Virus record (IMG/VR): IMGVR_UViG_3300028608_000014
Span: 1-62,294 of that record
Length of the DNA stretch: 62,294 bases
From: a virus
Taxonomy: Duplodnaviria; Caudoviricetes
Reading direction: 5' to 3' (one strand)
The notes under the pieces are model-generated. The model was not told the DNA's origin, made no database searches, and saw only the letters and a list, made by a program, of their open reading frames with translations. Made by a program: the position numbers and the translations under genes. Every line of letters starts with the position of its first letter. Positions within the stretch are counted from its first letter, which is position 1. This document shows, one piece after another, positions 25,089-36,400 of the stretch.

Positions 25089-25110
25089 GCGTTCTTCCCC
25101 TTGCAATAGG

Positions 25111-25566
25111 TCACGGCCGGCCGCCCGGCGGAGTCTCCTCGACGTGCGTGTTGGCCGAGGGATGGCCGGAGATCCGGACACCTGATGGCGGCCGGGGGAT
25201 CAGGTTGATGCCGCCCAGATCCCGGATGATCCGGATGAGGGCGTAGATGAAGTCCAGGAGCACGTTGCGTTCCTGCCGGTAGCCTTCGAGGCGGTTGTCC
25301 AGTTCCTCGACCTTCGCGCCGAGTTCCTTGATCTGTTTGTCACGGCTGGCGAGCATGTCCTCGAAGCGCTGCAGCAGCTTTTCGTCGGCCTCGATGTCCA
25401 GCCTGCGGTCCTCGCGGTTGTCCGCCGGGGTGCGGACCTTTTTGGACCAGATGTAGGTGATGAGGGCCGTCAGGACCGAGGCCGTCAGGGTCAAGGCCCC
25501 GAGCAGCAGCGGAAGCGGCAAGGGCAGGACGGCCTCGACCGCCTCAAACGGCACTTCAGGCCTCAT
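25111..25566 (-). CDS. membrane protein with a coiled coil (lysis accessory)
   Basis: N-terminal TM helix; lysis-cassette position. Confidence 0.7.
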   Translation of the reverse strand: MRPEVPFEAVEAVLPLPLPLLLGALTLTASVLTALITYIWSKKVRTPADNREDRRLDIEADEKLLQRFEDMLASRDKQIKELGAKVEELDNRLEGYRQERNVLLDFIYALIRIIRDLGGINLIPRPPSGVRISGHPSANTHVEETPPGGRP

Positions 25567-26062
25567 CGGGACCGTCCTCCATGTAGTGATAAAGGGCCGC
25601 GCGGTTCTTGTCGGCCATCCGGATCATGACCATGCGGGCACGGACGGCCAGGCAAATCACCACCGCGAACATCACGGCCACGGCCCGCTGCTGGCCCGTG
25701 ATAATCCACAGCCCAGCCATGAGGGAAGCGAACACCGCCGGACCTGCGAACAGCAGCCACAGGCCGAACATCTCGACGCGGAACCCCCTGCGCCGGTTCT
25801 GCGCGCCCATGATGAGGCCGGTAAGGCTGATCCAGAACCCAAGAATCGTGACGGCACACCAAAGCACCAGGAAAAAGACGGTGGTGTTGTCCCGGACGGA
25901 CGGAAGCTGCACCAGAGGGACCATGAGCAGAATCCCGAGGGATGCCTTGAACTGGATGAACGCCCTATCGACGGGACTCAGCGCCGAAAGTGCCCGGTGC
26001 ACGCCTCTCAGGGCTCCCCGGACCCGGCTATCCGAAGCATTACTGCCATCAGGAATCGCCAT
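25556..26062 (-). CDS. four-TM membrane protein (holin-like / lysis accessory)
   Basis: Four hydrophobic segments. Confidence 0.75.
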   Translation of the reverse strand: MAIPDGSNASDSRVRGALRGVHRALSALSPVDRAFIQFKASLGILLMVPLVQLPSVRDNTTVFFLVLWCAVTILGFWISLTGLIMGAQNRRRGFRVEMFGLWLLFAGPAVFASLMAGLWIITGQQRAVAVMFAVVICLAVRARMVMIRMADKNRAALYHYMEDGPDEA

Positions 26063-26117
26063 TTATTATTTCCCCCTTGCAGCAGACTTCACTAAACACA
26101 AGTCTACAGGGGTGGGG

Positions 26118-26681
26118 TTAGGCGGTGGCGTACATCAGGGTCACCCGGAGGTTGGCTCCCCGCATGTGCACAGTGTCCGAGCGCCCGGCACCAACCCGGA
26201 GCCGCCCGTAGATGGTGTCCCCGACATCAAGCATCTGCGCCGAGGTAATGGTGGCGTTGGAGAAGGCCTCGGGGTCCGACACAAAGGGCTGGGACACATC
26301 GGCCACGTTCCCGAGCCAGAGCGACAGGTCGATGGGCACGGTGTCCCCGAAGTCCGCCGTCGCGGTCAGCACGATCAGGTAAAGGCCCGGCCGCTTGACC
26401 TTCACCACGCCGCCCGCGAGGTCCATGTTGGTGACGTAGTTCCGGTAGCCGGTCCTCTGGACCGGCAGGATGATGCCCGTATCCGCGATGGTGCCCGCCC
26501 CGGTGATGCTGAACGACCCGCCCAGGGTGGAGGCGGACACGCCTGCGCGGGCCTCCTGCCGGGCCATGCGCACGCCGAGGCCCTGGCTGATGGACTCGGC
26601 CATCATGGGGGACCAGACATCGGCTTCGAGGGTGTCATCCTCATCCGGTGTCCAGATGCCGTCTGCGTTTACGTTTCCCAT
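26118..26681 (-). CDS. minor tail protein (C1q/TNF-like C-terminus)
   Basis: VKRPGLYLI...LDVGDTI pattern; end of the tail module. Confidence 0.65.
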   Translation of the reverse strand: MGNVNADGIWTPDEDDTLEADVWSPMMAESISQGLGVRMARQEARAGVSASTLGGSFSITGAGTIADTGIILPVQRTGYRNYVTNMDLAGGVVKVKRPGLYLIVLTATADFGDTVPIDLSLWLGNVADVSQPFVSDPEAFSNATITSAQMLDVGDTIYGRLRVGAGRSDTVHMRGANLRVTLMYATA

Positions 26682-26690
26682 GGGAGCGTC

Positions 26691-27953
26691 CTATTCTGCT
26701 GCGGTAATGTTGATGTCAGCCGAGGGGTAGACCCCGGATTCCCCCAGCGCTGAGATGGAATTGAACTCGCTGACAAAGGCGTCCGCCGGGATGGTGAGCC
26801 GGGCATCGAAGGTGCCGTCCGACTCGGCGTTGATGGTGTTCAGCATGTCCCCGCCGACGTACAGGTCCACGGTCTCGCCGGGGGTAAAGCTCTGGCCGAT
26901 GACCTGCACCACGGAGCCGATGGGCGCGGTGGAGGGCACCTGAATCCTGCGGTTCTGGACGGCCGTGGAGGTGGAGGCGTCCGGCTCTCCGGTCCAGGAG
27001 TAGCTGTAGTCGGGGTCGTCAGGGGTTGCGCCGTTCCAGCTCCCCAGCGTCCAGTTCATCATGTCCCCGGACACCAGCAGGTCATCGACGTAAATGGTGG
27101 CCGAGCCGAGCGAGGGCAGCGTGACGCCAAGCGCCAGTGCGGTGTCCAGCTGCGGGCCGTAAAAGCCGTCGTCGCCGCCCGAGCCTGTGACCTGCAGCTG
27201 CTGCCACACACCCGGCTCCAGGTACACCCGGTCCTGGTAGTTGGTCTGCCGGTAGCCGTCGTAAACAAAGTCAAAGTAGGCATCGACGGCGATGCCCGTG
27301 TCATAGGTCATCACCCAGACGCGGTACGTGTGGGCCGTTAGGAGGTTGCCGAACGACATGATGGTGACGCCGGACTCGGGGATGATGGTGACACCGTTGT
27401 AGTAATCGACCCTCATGCAGCTGCCGCCCCCGCGCCCGCCCGAGGACAGGCTGGCGACGGCGGTGGACGGGACGTTGTTCCGGGAGTCATCCCACGCCCA
27501 GTTGCCGGTGCTGTTCTCGAAGCGCGGGTCGGTGATGACGTTGGTGTACGTCCGGAACCAGCCCCAGGTGTCTGCCGGGAGGAAGCCAGCCTCCGGATCG
27601 GGCACGTAGTAGGAGGCCGGATCGCCCAGCGGGAACTCCTTGGGCAGCTGCACGGTGTCATGGGCGCGGGCCACCCATTTGCCGCGCTTGCCGTCGAACG
27701 TGAGCAGATCCCCGTCCTGCGCGTCCCGGATGTCCAGATCCTGCAGGGAGGGCAGCTTCAGCTGCACCGGGTTGTCCACCGACGGCGTAGCGCCCGTGTA
27801 AAGCCCGCGTCCGGGGTTGGCGATGTCCAGGCCGAAGTCGCTGCAGATCCGGCGCGCCATTTCCTGCAGCTGCGCCAGGGTCTCCAGCGCCTTGCTGACC
27901 TCGCGCGCCCAGTCGTTTGCGCCTCCGGGCAGGCCCATGTTGTTCTGGCCCAT
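26691..27953 (-). CDS. minor tail / receptor-binding protein with a carbohydrate-binding-like domain
   Basis: NVITDPRFEN...W...YVDD jelly-roll pattern; tail synteny. Confidence 0.7.
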   Translation of the reverse strand: MGQNNMGLPGGANDWAREVSKALETLAQLQEMARRICSDFGLDIANPGRGLYTGATPSVDNPVQLKLPSLQDLDIRDAQDGDLLTFDGKRGKWVARAHDTVQLPKEFPLGDPASYYVPDPEAGFLPADTWGWFRTYTNVITDPRFENSTGNWAWDDSRNNVPSTAVASLSSGGRGGGSCMRVDYYNGVTIIPESGVTIMSFGNLLTAHTYRVWVMTYDTGIAVDAYFDFVYDGYRQTNYQDRVYLEPGVWQQLQVTGSGGDDGFYGPQLDTALALGVTLPSLGSATIYVDDLLVSGDMMNWTLGSWNGATPDDPDYSYSWTGEPDASTSTAVQNRRIQVPSTAPIGSVVQVIGQSFTPGETVDLYVGGDMLNTINAESDGTFDARLTIPADAFVSEFNSISALGESGVYPSADINITAAE

Positions 27954-30460
27954 TAGATGCTCCTCAACGGTTTGATGTTGAACTGCCGGATGCTCTGGCC
28001 CCGGTGCCGGGCCTTCTCATCAGCGAGGGTGGCCCCGGCCGGGTAGGTCTTCTTGTACTCACCCAGCGTGGTGTGCGGCACGGCGCGGCCGGAGACCTGC
28101 ATGGAGGTCTGGGAGGCCTCCATGATCCTGAAGTTCCGCTCCCCGTCGGTGAACAGCGCACCGGCCGGATACTGCCCGAACACGGTGGCCGCGCCGAAGT
28201 CGGCGGGCAGCTCGTACTGGACGTCGGCCACGGCCGAGCTGTACTCATGCGCCATCCGGGCCGCGACGTCGAAGACCTCACGCGCGCCGGAGACGAACGG
28301 GGAGGTGAACACGGAATCGAAGCCCTGCCGCGCGCGGGTCGCGCCCGTGTTGATGTGGACCTCCTTGGGGTCATTGATGACACCGGAGCCGGAGATGTAC
28401 AGGGCCGGGCGGTCGGCCGCGCCCTCGGAGATCCGGTACGGGGCGCGCACGGAGTCCACGTCGGGGGCGGTGATCTTCAGGGAGATCTCGCCCTGCTTCT
28501 CGGTCAGGGAGACCTCGACCTTGCCGCCGTGATCCAGCCACCACTGCGGGGCGATGATGTAGCCGTCCGCCCCCGTGACGACGTACTGGCCGCCGCCCGC
28601 GGTGTACGGGAACGGGGTGATGCCGCCCACCGGCACCGGGTTGGCCACGGAGATGATAGAGTGCGCGGTCTGCACGGTGGTCTCGAAGACCTCGCGGGTG
28701 TTCAGCTGGTACACGGAATCCGCGCGCCACAGCACGCCCTGGTCATTGCTGACGGCCTTGGACTGGTTGTCGGTCACGGCCACCTGCTTGAACTTCTCGC
28801 GCCGCTCGGCGGTCTTGATGAGCCGGGAGAACTTGGTCCCGGTCACCACGTTGGACTGGCGCGGGCCGACATGCACGCGGCCGTCCTTGAACTGGATGTC
28901 CAGCCGGGCGATGGAGCAGAACTCGTTGAGCATCTTCCACACGTTGCCCTGGAAGCCGGAGACAAACGGGTAGTCCCGGGTGGTCTGGGCGAGCACCTTT
29001 TGCACGGCCGGGAGGCCCCTGGGGTGCCCGTCGGCCACGGACAGGTAGGTGCCCCAGCGCAGCATCTGGTCCCCGAAGCCGCCGTCGGACCTGTGGTCCA
29101 CCGCGCGCAGCTGCAGGACGCCGGGCAGGGCGTAGGCGGTGCCCGTGGCCGTGCCGTCGTGCAGCAGGGTGCCGGAACCGTTGAGGTCATCGCTGTGCAC
29201 GGTCAGCTTGGCGGCCACGGCGGTGCCGGAGACGCGCTCGATGGAGAGGGTGAAGCGGTACTCGCCGTCCTCGGCCGGGAGTGTGGCCGTGGCCAGCACG
29301 GCGGAGCCCAGCGTGGCCGTGACCGCCCCGTCCGAGGTCACGGTGATGCCCGCGACGTGGACGGTGTTGGTGGGGGACTCCAGGTTCCACAGCACCGAGG
29401 CGGTGCGGTCGAAGCCGCGCAGCGCGATGCCTGCGGACAGGATCAGCTTCTTGCCCAGCTGGAGCATGACGGGCACACGGGCTGCGGTGTTCTCGTACAT
29501 GGCCGCGACGGAGAGGGTGTCAGCGCCGAAGCTGCGCACCGAGCGGCCGTTGAGCAGCACGGGAGCGGCGGCACCGTAGATCTTGTCGTAGAAGCGGTGC
29601 GGGTTCTCGGCCGCGAAGCCGATGGTGTGCCCGAAGCCGGAGGCGTAGTAGGCGCAGTCGCCGGGCACCGCGTCGTAGAACACCCCGGCCTGCTGGGTCC
29701 AGTAGTCGATGGCGCGGGCCGCCGTCCAGCGCTGTTCGGAGTCGATGAGGGGGGCCAGGTGCAGGTCTTTGTTGGTCAGCGTGAGCAGGGTGTCCACGGA
29801 CAGACTCACGGCGTCGGAGCCTCCGGTGACTTCCAGCCGGACCACTTCGCCCGTGTAGGAGCCGATGGCCGGGTTGGTGATCTCCAGATCCTGCCCCAGC
29901 ACGTACTCCGGGTCCACGCCCCGGGTGTAGCTCGGGGACACCGAGGGCGCGGAGCCGGAGCCCTCGGCGGGGTTCAGCGGGACGGCGGAGTTGAACACGC
30001 TGTAGCCGATGAGCTTGCCCAGCGGGGCGCGGTCCAGGGGGGGCGGGACCGGCGTGTAGAGCAGGTCCGCGAGCAGGACGCCCTCGGAGCCGAAGGCGGC
30101 GCTGATCCGCCGGTAGTTGAAAAAGCCGGAATCCAGCGAGCCCTCGCCGGAGAACCCGGCCGCGATCTGCCGCAACGTGGCCTGCAGCGTGCCCGCTCCG
30201 CTGAAGGCCGAGGTGATGGTGCCTACAATCTTGCCGGTCAGCGTGCCCGCGCCGCTGAAGTCCGCCGTGATCCTTTGGTAGTCACTCAGGCGCGCCGTAA
30301 GGCTGCCCGCGCCGGCGAAGTCGGCGGGAACTTTCCGGAACCCGGTCAGGGAGGTGGTCAGCGTTCCCGCGCCGTCGAAGTTGACCTCGATGCCGAAGGT
30401 CGGCAGCCACCGCTCTGCCGAGTCGATGACGGCGGTGCCGCCAGCCCACGGCGTCGTCAT
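27953..30460 (-). CDS. large minor tail protein with N-terminal FxGxGxL repeats
   Basis: 835 aa, tail synteny. Confidence 0.8.
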   Translation of the reverse strand: MTTPWAGGTAVIDSAERWLPTFGIEVNFDGAGTLTTSLTGFRKVPADFAGAGSLTARLSDYQRITADFSGAGTLTGKIVGTITSAFSGAGTLQATLRQIAAGFSGEGSLDSGFFNYRRISAAFGSEGVLLADLLYTPVPPPLDRAPLGKLIGYSVFNSAVPLNPAEGSGSAPSVSPSYTRGVDPEYVLGQDLEITNPAIGSYTGEVVRLEVTGGSDAVSLSVDTLLTLTNKDLHLAPLIDSEQRWTAARAIDYWTQQAGVFYDAVPGDCAYYASGFGHTIGFAAENPHRFYDKIYGAAAPVLLNGRSVRSFGADTLSVAAMYENTAARVPVMLQLGKKLILSAGIALRGFDRTASVLWNLESPTNTVHVAGITVTSDGAVTATLGSAVLATATLPAEDGEYRFTLSIERVSGTAVAAKLTVHSDDLNGSGTLLHDGTATGTAYALPGVLQLRAVDHRSDGGFGDQMLRWGTYLSVADGHPRGLPAVQKVLAQTTRDYPFVSGFQGNVWKMLNEFCSIARLDIQFKDGRVHVGPRQSNVVTGTKFSRLIKTAERREKFKQVAVTDNQSKAVSNDQGVLWRADSVYQLNTREVFETTVQTAHSIISVANPVPVGGITPFPYTAGGGQYVVTGADGYIIAPQWWLDHGGKVEVSLTEKQGEISLKITAPDVDSVRAPYRISEGAADRPALYISGSGVINDPKEVHINTGATRARQGFDSVFTSPFVSGAREVFDVAARMAHEYSSAVADVQYELPADFGAATVFGQYPAGALFTDGERNFRIMEASQTSMQVSGRAVPHTTLGEYKKTYPAGATLADEKARHRGQSIRQFNIKPLRSI

Positions 30461-30464
30461 GGGA

Positions 30465-31613
30465 CTACACCGCTACGGCGAAGGGCACGGCCACAATGAT
30501 GGAGCGGGTGATGGCACCGTTGTTCGCCACCGAGCCGAACGGTCCCCACGCGACGCTGGTGCCGTCGCCCTTGTTCACCGCCACCAGCTTGTAGACGATG
30601 CCGCCGTAGCTGACCTTCGTGCCCACCGGGTCGGGGAAGTCGGTGACCGGGGAGGGCGACGTGGTGCCGCAGTAGAAGAAGGTGGACAGCCTGCCCCGGA
30701 TGCCCTCCGCCTCGCTGACCATGACGTAGGGGAACAGGTAGGTGTTGCCGTCGATGGTGCAGGTGCGGTTCATCGTCACCACGTCGGTGGTGTAGATCGT
30801 CGGCCAGTCCAGTGAGGCGAGGCGGCCCGGCTGCCAGGACGCGGTGTTGGCGAAGTCCCGGCTGACCGCGACCTGGTGGCTGTTGGCGACCGATACCGCC
30901 GGGGTGGACGCACCGTTGGTGGAGCCCGAGATGCCGATCACGGCACCTGTGGTGTCGGCGGCATGGTAGGGAACCAGGTCGCAGACGGCGAAGTAGTTCT
31001 TGATCGAGCCGTAGGTGGTGGATGTGGGGCCGGTCTCGAACGGGCGGGGGCCTTCAATGGCGAAAAAGAGATGGTTCTTGCCGACGCTGAGGGTGACGTG
31101 GAGCGGAACGGTCATCACCGCTCCTGAGGTCTTCCAGTACAGCCAGTAGTTCTTGCTGTCGGTGTGCCCCCCGGGTGCGGTGCCGGCGTACGCCCGGTAG
31201 GTGGTGGTGCCGATGTAGGCACCACTGAGGCCGCCGCCTTCGAGGTCAACGATGAGGTCCACGCCCCGGTCGGACGTTGATTTCAGCACCGTGTTGCGGG
31301 TGCGGAAGGTGCTGCCGGAGGCGAAGATGACACCCCAGGTGCCGACGACGGTGAGGACGTTGCCTGCGATGGAGCTGACCTGATAGAGGGCATCTGAGGT
31401 GCCGGGGTTCACCACGATCCACTGGCCCGCCACAAAACCGGCGGCGCTGGTTAGCGTGACGGTGGACTGCGCGGCCACAGTCGCGCCTGTGGAGGTGGTG
31501 GACACAGCGACGACACCCTGGTCGGTCCAGTGCGTGTTGGCCAGGATCTTCGTTTTCAGCGCGGCGATCAACGTCGCCGGAGTGGAATCGAATTCCTCGT
31601 AGGTAATAGTCAT
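30465..31613 (-). CDS. minor tail protein
   Basis: Thr/Gly-rich; start set at MTITYEEF. Confidence 0.75.
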   Translation of the reverse strand: MTITYEEFDSTPATLIAALKTKILANTHWTDQGVVAVSTTSTGATVAAQSTVTLTSAAGFVAGQWIVVNPGTSDALYQVSSIAGNVLTVVGTWGVIFASGSTFRTRNTVLKSTSDRGVDLIVDLEGGGLSGAYIGTTTYRAYAGTAPGGHTDSKNYWLYWKTSGAVMTVPLHVTLSVGKNHLFFAIEGPRPFETGPTSTTYGSIKNYFAVCDLVPYHAADTTGAVIGISGSTNGASTPAVSVANSHQVAVSRDFANTASWQPGRLASLDWPTIYTTDVVTMNRTCTIDGNTYLFPYVMVSEAEGIRGRLSTFFYCGTTSPSPVTDFPDPVGTKVSYGGIVYKLVAVNKGDGTSVAWGPFGSVANNGAITRSIIVAVPFAVAV

Positions 31614-31614
31614 T

Positions 31615-32280
31615 TCAGGCTCCAGTCGCCGTGTCTTGAATCTTGGTGTCCCGGCCCCGATAACCAAAGGCAGGCGAAATGAAAGCAGCGCCGTCGCTAA
31701 ATGTCAGGGCATTTGTCTGCAGCCCGCCGGTCAGGTCTGGTTCGGAAATTACCGGTGCGTCAGTGCCCAGTAAATTGTCGATCCGAACCTGGTTCGTGCT
31801 TTGCCGGACCCCGTGCAAATGACTGGTGATCGGGGCATCCAAAAGCCAGCGGAACACCAGCACGCCATCGACGTAGGCCCGGACAATCCCGTCCTTGTAA
31901 TGGGCCTTGCAGACGGACGAATTGATAGTTGGCGGTTTCACGCTGGAGGCGTACAACGTCACACTGCCGCCCGTGGTCACCCGGACCAGCGACACCGCGT
32001 TGTTGCCGACGAAACTTACATAGTAGTAGTCCGTGCCGCCCACATAGCCCAGGACGACACTGGCGATGATGCCGTTGATGTTCACGGCCAGGAAGCTGAT
32101 CTCGACGTCTGCGGTTCCCAGATCGTAGGTCGCAACCATCGGCCCGGTGGGGGCGTACATCTGGTTTCCTGATATGCCGCCGACACCTGTCTGCACCACC
32201 GGAGACGGCCCGGTCTGGGGCGCGCCGATGACCGAGGCGTTGTCGGCCCGGTTGAAGTTGTCGCTGAGGAGGGTCGCCAC
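31615..32280 (-). CDS. minor tail protein (lectin-like, DNFNRAD start)
   Basis: SDNFNRADN...VRAYVDG...RIDN pattern. Confidence 0.7.
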   Translation of the reverse strand: MATLLSDNFNRADNASVIGAPQTGPSPVVQTGVGGISGNQMYAPTGPMVATYDLGTADVEISFLAVNINGIIASVVLGYVGGTDYYYVSFVGNNAVSLVRVTTGGSVTLYASSVKPPTINSSVCKAHYKDGIVRAYVDGVLVFRWLLDAPITSHLHGVRQSTNQVRIDNLLGTDAPVISEPDLTGGLQTNALTFSDGAAFISPAFGYRGRDTKIQDTATGA

Positions 32281-32283
32281 GGG

Positions 32284-32628
32284 CTAGACCTGCGTGTAGG
32301 AAAAATTGACGGTCACCGTGTCCTGGACAGGGACGGTCACGGTGGCCACGGTCTTGCCGTCTACGTAGTTACCGGCGGTGGCGGCATCATGCAGGCCGGT
32401 GCCCACAATGTCCGTGCCTGCCGGGATGTCAAAGACCGCCGAGGCGGTGATGACACCGGCAGTGGGCGCGCTCCAAGTCAGGGGTTTGCGGGCGAACGCG
32501 GGGGTGCCACCGGAGGGCTCGGTACCGGCAGTCGCGCCCGGGGCCGTGGTGTAAACCGTGCCGTGCGTGGCCTGTGCGCCGTACTCAGTGGCCAGTGCAT
32601 TCTTGGTAAAAGTAGAGGCAATAGTCAC
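32284..32628 (-). CDS. small minor tail protein
   Basis: YTTAPG...EPSGG..FARK..W...GLHDAATAGN pattern. Confidence 0.75.
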   Translation of the reverse strand: MTIASTFTKNALATEYGAQATHGTVYTTAPGATAGTEPSGGTPAFARKPLTWSAPTAGVITASAVFDIPAGTDIVGTGLHDAATAGNYVDGKTVATVTVPVQDTVTVNFSYTQV

Positions 32629-32646
32629 GTTGTTCTCCCGGAATTC

Positions 32647-33477
32647 TTATTCGACTTCAATTACATCGAGCGACAAACCAATCCTATCAAAACGCTTTGT
32701 TTGGATAACGCCGGACAAATCACTGGAGAATTTCACCGCGCCGACGCCGAGGCCGGGCAGCCGCGTGCTATTTCCGGAAATTCCGGTGACATTGATGTGG
32801 TCCAAAGTAAGGGTCGAATCGGCCGGGCAGTACAATTCCAGCTTCATCGCGGAATAGGTGTTGGCCGTCCCGTCGGCGGCGGAAATCAGGACGCTTTGTC
32901 CCGGCGTTGGGGACGGCACATAATTCACCGGGTCCGTCCAGTTGCCCGTGGCCTTTTCGCGCAGCGAGACCCGCAGCGCAGCCGTCCCGCTCCGTGTGCC
33001 CCACAGGTGCAGGTACGCCGGGGTGTCGGGCACACAGGGCAGGATCTCGGAGATGCCCTCGGCCGGGAACCGCCCCTGGGTGTTGGAGAACGTGACCGCC
33101 TGGCCGGCGAGGGCCGCGCTGGAGGTCTGCACCTCGGGCGCGCCCCAGCTGCCGGTGACGTAAGCGAGCATGTAGGCGGTGGCCCAGCGGGTGGGCAGGA
33201 TGTTCCCGGCCGTGTAGTTGAACTCGGTCAGGTAGAACGGGCCGGGGCCGTAGACGCCCGTGTAGAGGTCCACGATGTTCTGCAGGCCCGCCGTGCCGCC
33301 CTTGTAGTTCAGCGAGTAGGACCGGAACGGGGTGGGCGCGGTGTAGACGTGCCGCCCGCCGGAGAGCAGGCTGGTGGTCTCGACGTCGCGGGCCTGGTTC
33401 CAGTTCATCCCGGTCTGCGGCCAGGGCACTTCGAGCATGTGGTCCAGCGGGCCGAACAGCATGGTCTTGGCGGTCAT
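32647..33477 (-). CDS. distal tail (Dit-like) protein
   Basis: First gene after the tape measure. Confidence 0.65.
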   Translation of the reverse strand: MTAKTMLFGPLDHMLEVPWPQTGMNWNQARDVETTSLLSGGRHVYTAPTPFRSYSLNYKGGTAGLQNIVDLYTGVYGPGPFYLTEFNYTAGNILPTRWATAYMLAYVTGSWGAPEVQTSSAALAGQAVTFSNTQGRFPAEGISEILPCVPDTPAYLHLWGTRSGTAALRVSLREKATGNWTDPVNYVPSPTPGQSVLISAADGTANTYSAMKLELYCPADSTLTLDHINVTGISGNSTRLPGLGVGAVKFSSDLSGVIQTKRFDRIGLSLDVIEVE

Positions 33478-36400
33478 CGGTTGCGTCCTTCTGCTGCGAG
33501 CTGGCGGTTGCCGTCGTTGACGGAGGTGGCGAGTTCCCGGCTGTCGGCGTAGAGCCGGATCTCCTGCTTCAGCGAGGCGAGGAAGCTCAGCGTCTCGGCG
33601 TCCAGGCCCACGATGGAGGGCATGCCGTAGCCGGTGCCGGAGGCCCCGGACGGGGAGCCGCCGAGGTTGAACTTGGGCAGCGACAGTGTGCGGATCGCCT
33701 CCATGAAGTCCGGGCCGTAGTAGTCCACGGCCTCCTCGGGCTGGATGAACTCCCGGCTGCGGACCTTGATGAGGCCCTTGCCGTCCACCTGGGCCATCAT
33801 GTTGTCCGCACGCGGGTTCTGCGGGGGCCTGCCGGGGACCAGGCCGCCGGAGGCGAACGCCCGGACCTGCCCGCCCCGGTTGTACAGCCTCTGGCCGGTG
33901 TCCTTGCCATCGACGCTGACGCGGTAGACCTGCTGGCCGCCGTTCTTTTCGTCCGCGCCGAGGAAGTAGCCCGGAATCTTTTCGACCGTGCCGGTCTTCA
34001 CGTCCACGGTGATGCTCCCGTGCCGGGGCGTGGTGAGGCCATCGAAAAGTGCGCCGAGGGCTTCAAGCTTGCCGGTGGCCTCCTCGGTGTCGGCCTCGAC
34101 TTTGGTGGGCTTCAGGAAGGGCACACGGTTCACGACGCCGATGTAGCGTTCCATGCTGCCCTGCATCCCGGCCACGGCACCCATGTTCAGGCCCATCTGA
34201 CCGACGTCGGTCTGGAACTGGGCGGTCAGCTGGGCGGCCTTGGCCCGGACCTGATCCACGGATGCGCCCGTGTTGGCGTAGGCCACCACCATGTCGATCA
34301 TCTTGGTCTCCAGGTCGCGCAGCGCGGCCCGGTTGTCGATGGCCGCCTGGGAGAAGCCGGTGAGCTTGCCGATGCCGTCGGCCAGTTCGCGCGACTGCTT
34401 GTTGGTCGCGTCGATGTCCTTCTGCTTCGCGGCGGCGGCGTCCAGCGCGGTCTGGGCCTGGTTGCCGTAGTCCATGGCCCGGTCGGTCTCGCCGTATTTG
34501 AGCGAGATGCGCTGCTCGATCTTGGCCTTGTTGGCGTCGATCAGATCCTTGTTCCGCTCGTTGTTGAGTTCCTTGACCTTCTCCTTCATGTCGGAGAGCT
34601 GCTGCAGCTCCTCCTCGTGCTTCTTGGTGATTGCGTTCAGCGCGGAGTGGTAGGCGTCGGTGGCCGAGACCATGCCGTACTGCTTGTCGAACGCGGACAT
34701 CAGGCCGGTCTTCAGCCGGTTCGCGTAATCGTTGATCTTGGACGTGGCCTCATCAATGCCGTCGCCCATGTCCTGCCAGACTTCTTCGTTTTTCTTCCTG
34801 GCCTTCTCGGCCGCGTCCTGGACCTTCTTGTAGCCGTCGGCCACCGCGTCCAGGTTCAGGCCCGGCATGGCCAGGTCGGCCTCCTGCTTGGTCTTGACCT
34901 GCTTGGGTGCAGCAACGGTGGTGGAGACCATGCCGGGGCGCGTGCTGGTGGGGCCGTTGCCGTACCAGTCGCGCCCCAGCGCGAGGTTGGAGGAGCCCTT
35001 GAAAAAGCCTCCCGCCTGGTTGTCGCCGCCCGTCCTGAAGGCGTAATCGTATTCTTTCTGCAGCTGGGCCAGTTCCTGCTTGGCGTAGGTGGAGAAGTTC
35101 TTCACGTTGGCGATGGCGGCTGTGGTGTCCGCGTTGACGTCGGCGGTGTAAGTGTCGTCGGTGATGGAGACGATGAGCTTCTGGAGCTGCTTGCCCTTCT
35201 CGGAGGCAGGATCGGTCAGAGCATTGACCACCACGTTGTAGTCCCAGCCGGTGATGGTTGCCAGGTATGAGGCCAGCCGCAGGACTTCGGTCTTGGCCTC
35301 CGAGGAGTCCGCGCCGACTTTCAGCGTCGGCGCGACCTGATCGAGGAGGATCTGCGCGGCGGTACGGGTGTCCCTGGCCACGGCAGTGACCTGCGTGGGG
35401 TCGGTTTTCACCGGGATGGTGACCGGCCGGCCGCCGATGGCGGCCTCGAACACGGCCTTGGTCTGGTTGGCCATCGCAACGATGGGCGTGGGGTCGCCGC
35501 CCGTGGCGCGGATTTTGGCGATGAGCGCGTCCACAAACTGGGCGTAGCCCTGCGCGGCCTGCTGCGCGGTTGCCATGTCCTTGTCCATGAGGTTCTTGTA
35601 GTAGTCACGGGCGGACTGCAGGCCTTCTTCGAGGTTCTCGATGTTGGTGCGCCCGCCCTCGGAGCGGGTGTCGAAGGCCCCGGACTTGCCGAGCCCCTCA
35701 CCGATTTTCGCCATGGAGCCCTGCAGCTTGGTCTCGGCGTTGAGAGTGCCGAAGATGGTGTCGTTCAGGGCCTTCAGGGCGTCATCCATTTTTTCGATGG
35801 CCGTCTTGGCGGTCTCGAAATCTTCCGGCAGATCTGCGGCGGCCGAGCCCGCCTTGGGCGCGGCGGCCTCGACGTCTTTCAGCCCTTCGGCGGCGGACTT
35901 TTCGCTTTCGGCCATTTCCTTGGCGACACGCCCCAGCCAGCCGTAGGCGTCCACCTTGCCCTTGTCGAAGCCGGCCTTGCCCTTCAGTTCATCCATTTTC
36001 GCCTGGAATTTGGCCGCTGACTCGGTGCCGCCGGACACGGCGTCCACGATGTCCTCGAAGGAGACCCCCACCGAGCGTGCCACCTCGGTCACGCTCTGGT
36101 TCAGCCTTTCAAAGCTGATGTCACCCTCGGAGATGGAGAGCTGGACCTTGCGCTCGTTCAGGGCCTTGGCTACCGCATATCGGCCGGACTCGGCTCCGGC
36201 CTGCATGGCCTCGGCAATGGTCTTCCCCGCCGCCTGGGCCTCCATGGAGGCGTTCAGGAAGCCGCCCGCCAGCACGGCCAGGGCACCGATGGCAATGCCG
36301 ATGGGGCCTCCGGTCATGGCCAGCAGCCCGGAGGCGAATTTGCCTACCCGCGAGGTGCCCGTGCCCATGGCCCCGGCCGTGGCCACGGTGCTGGTGGCCA

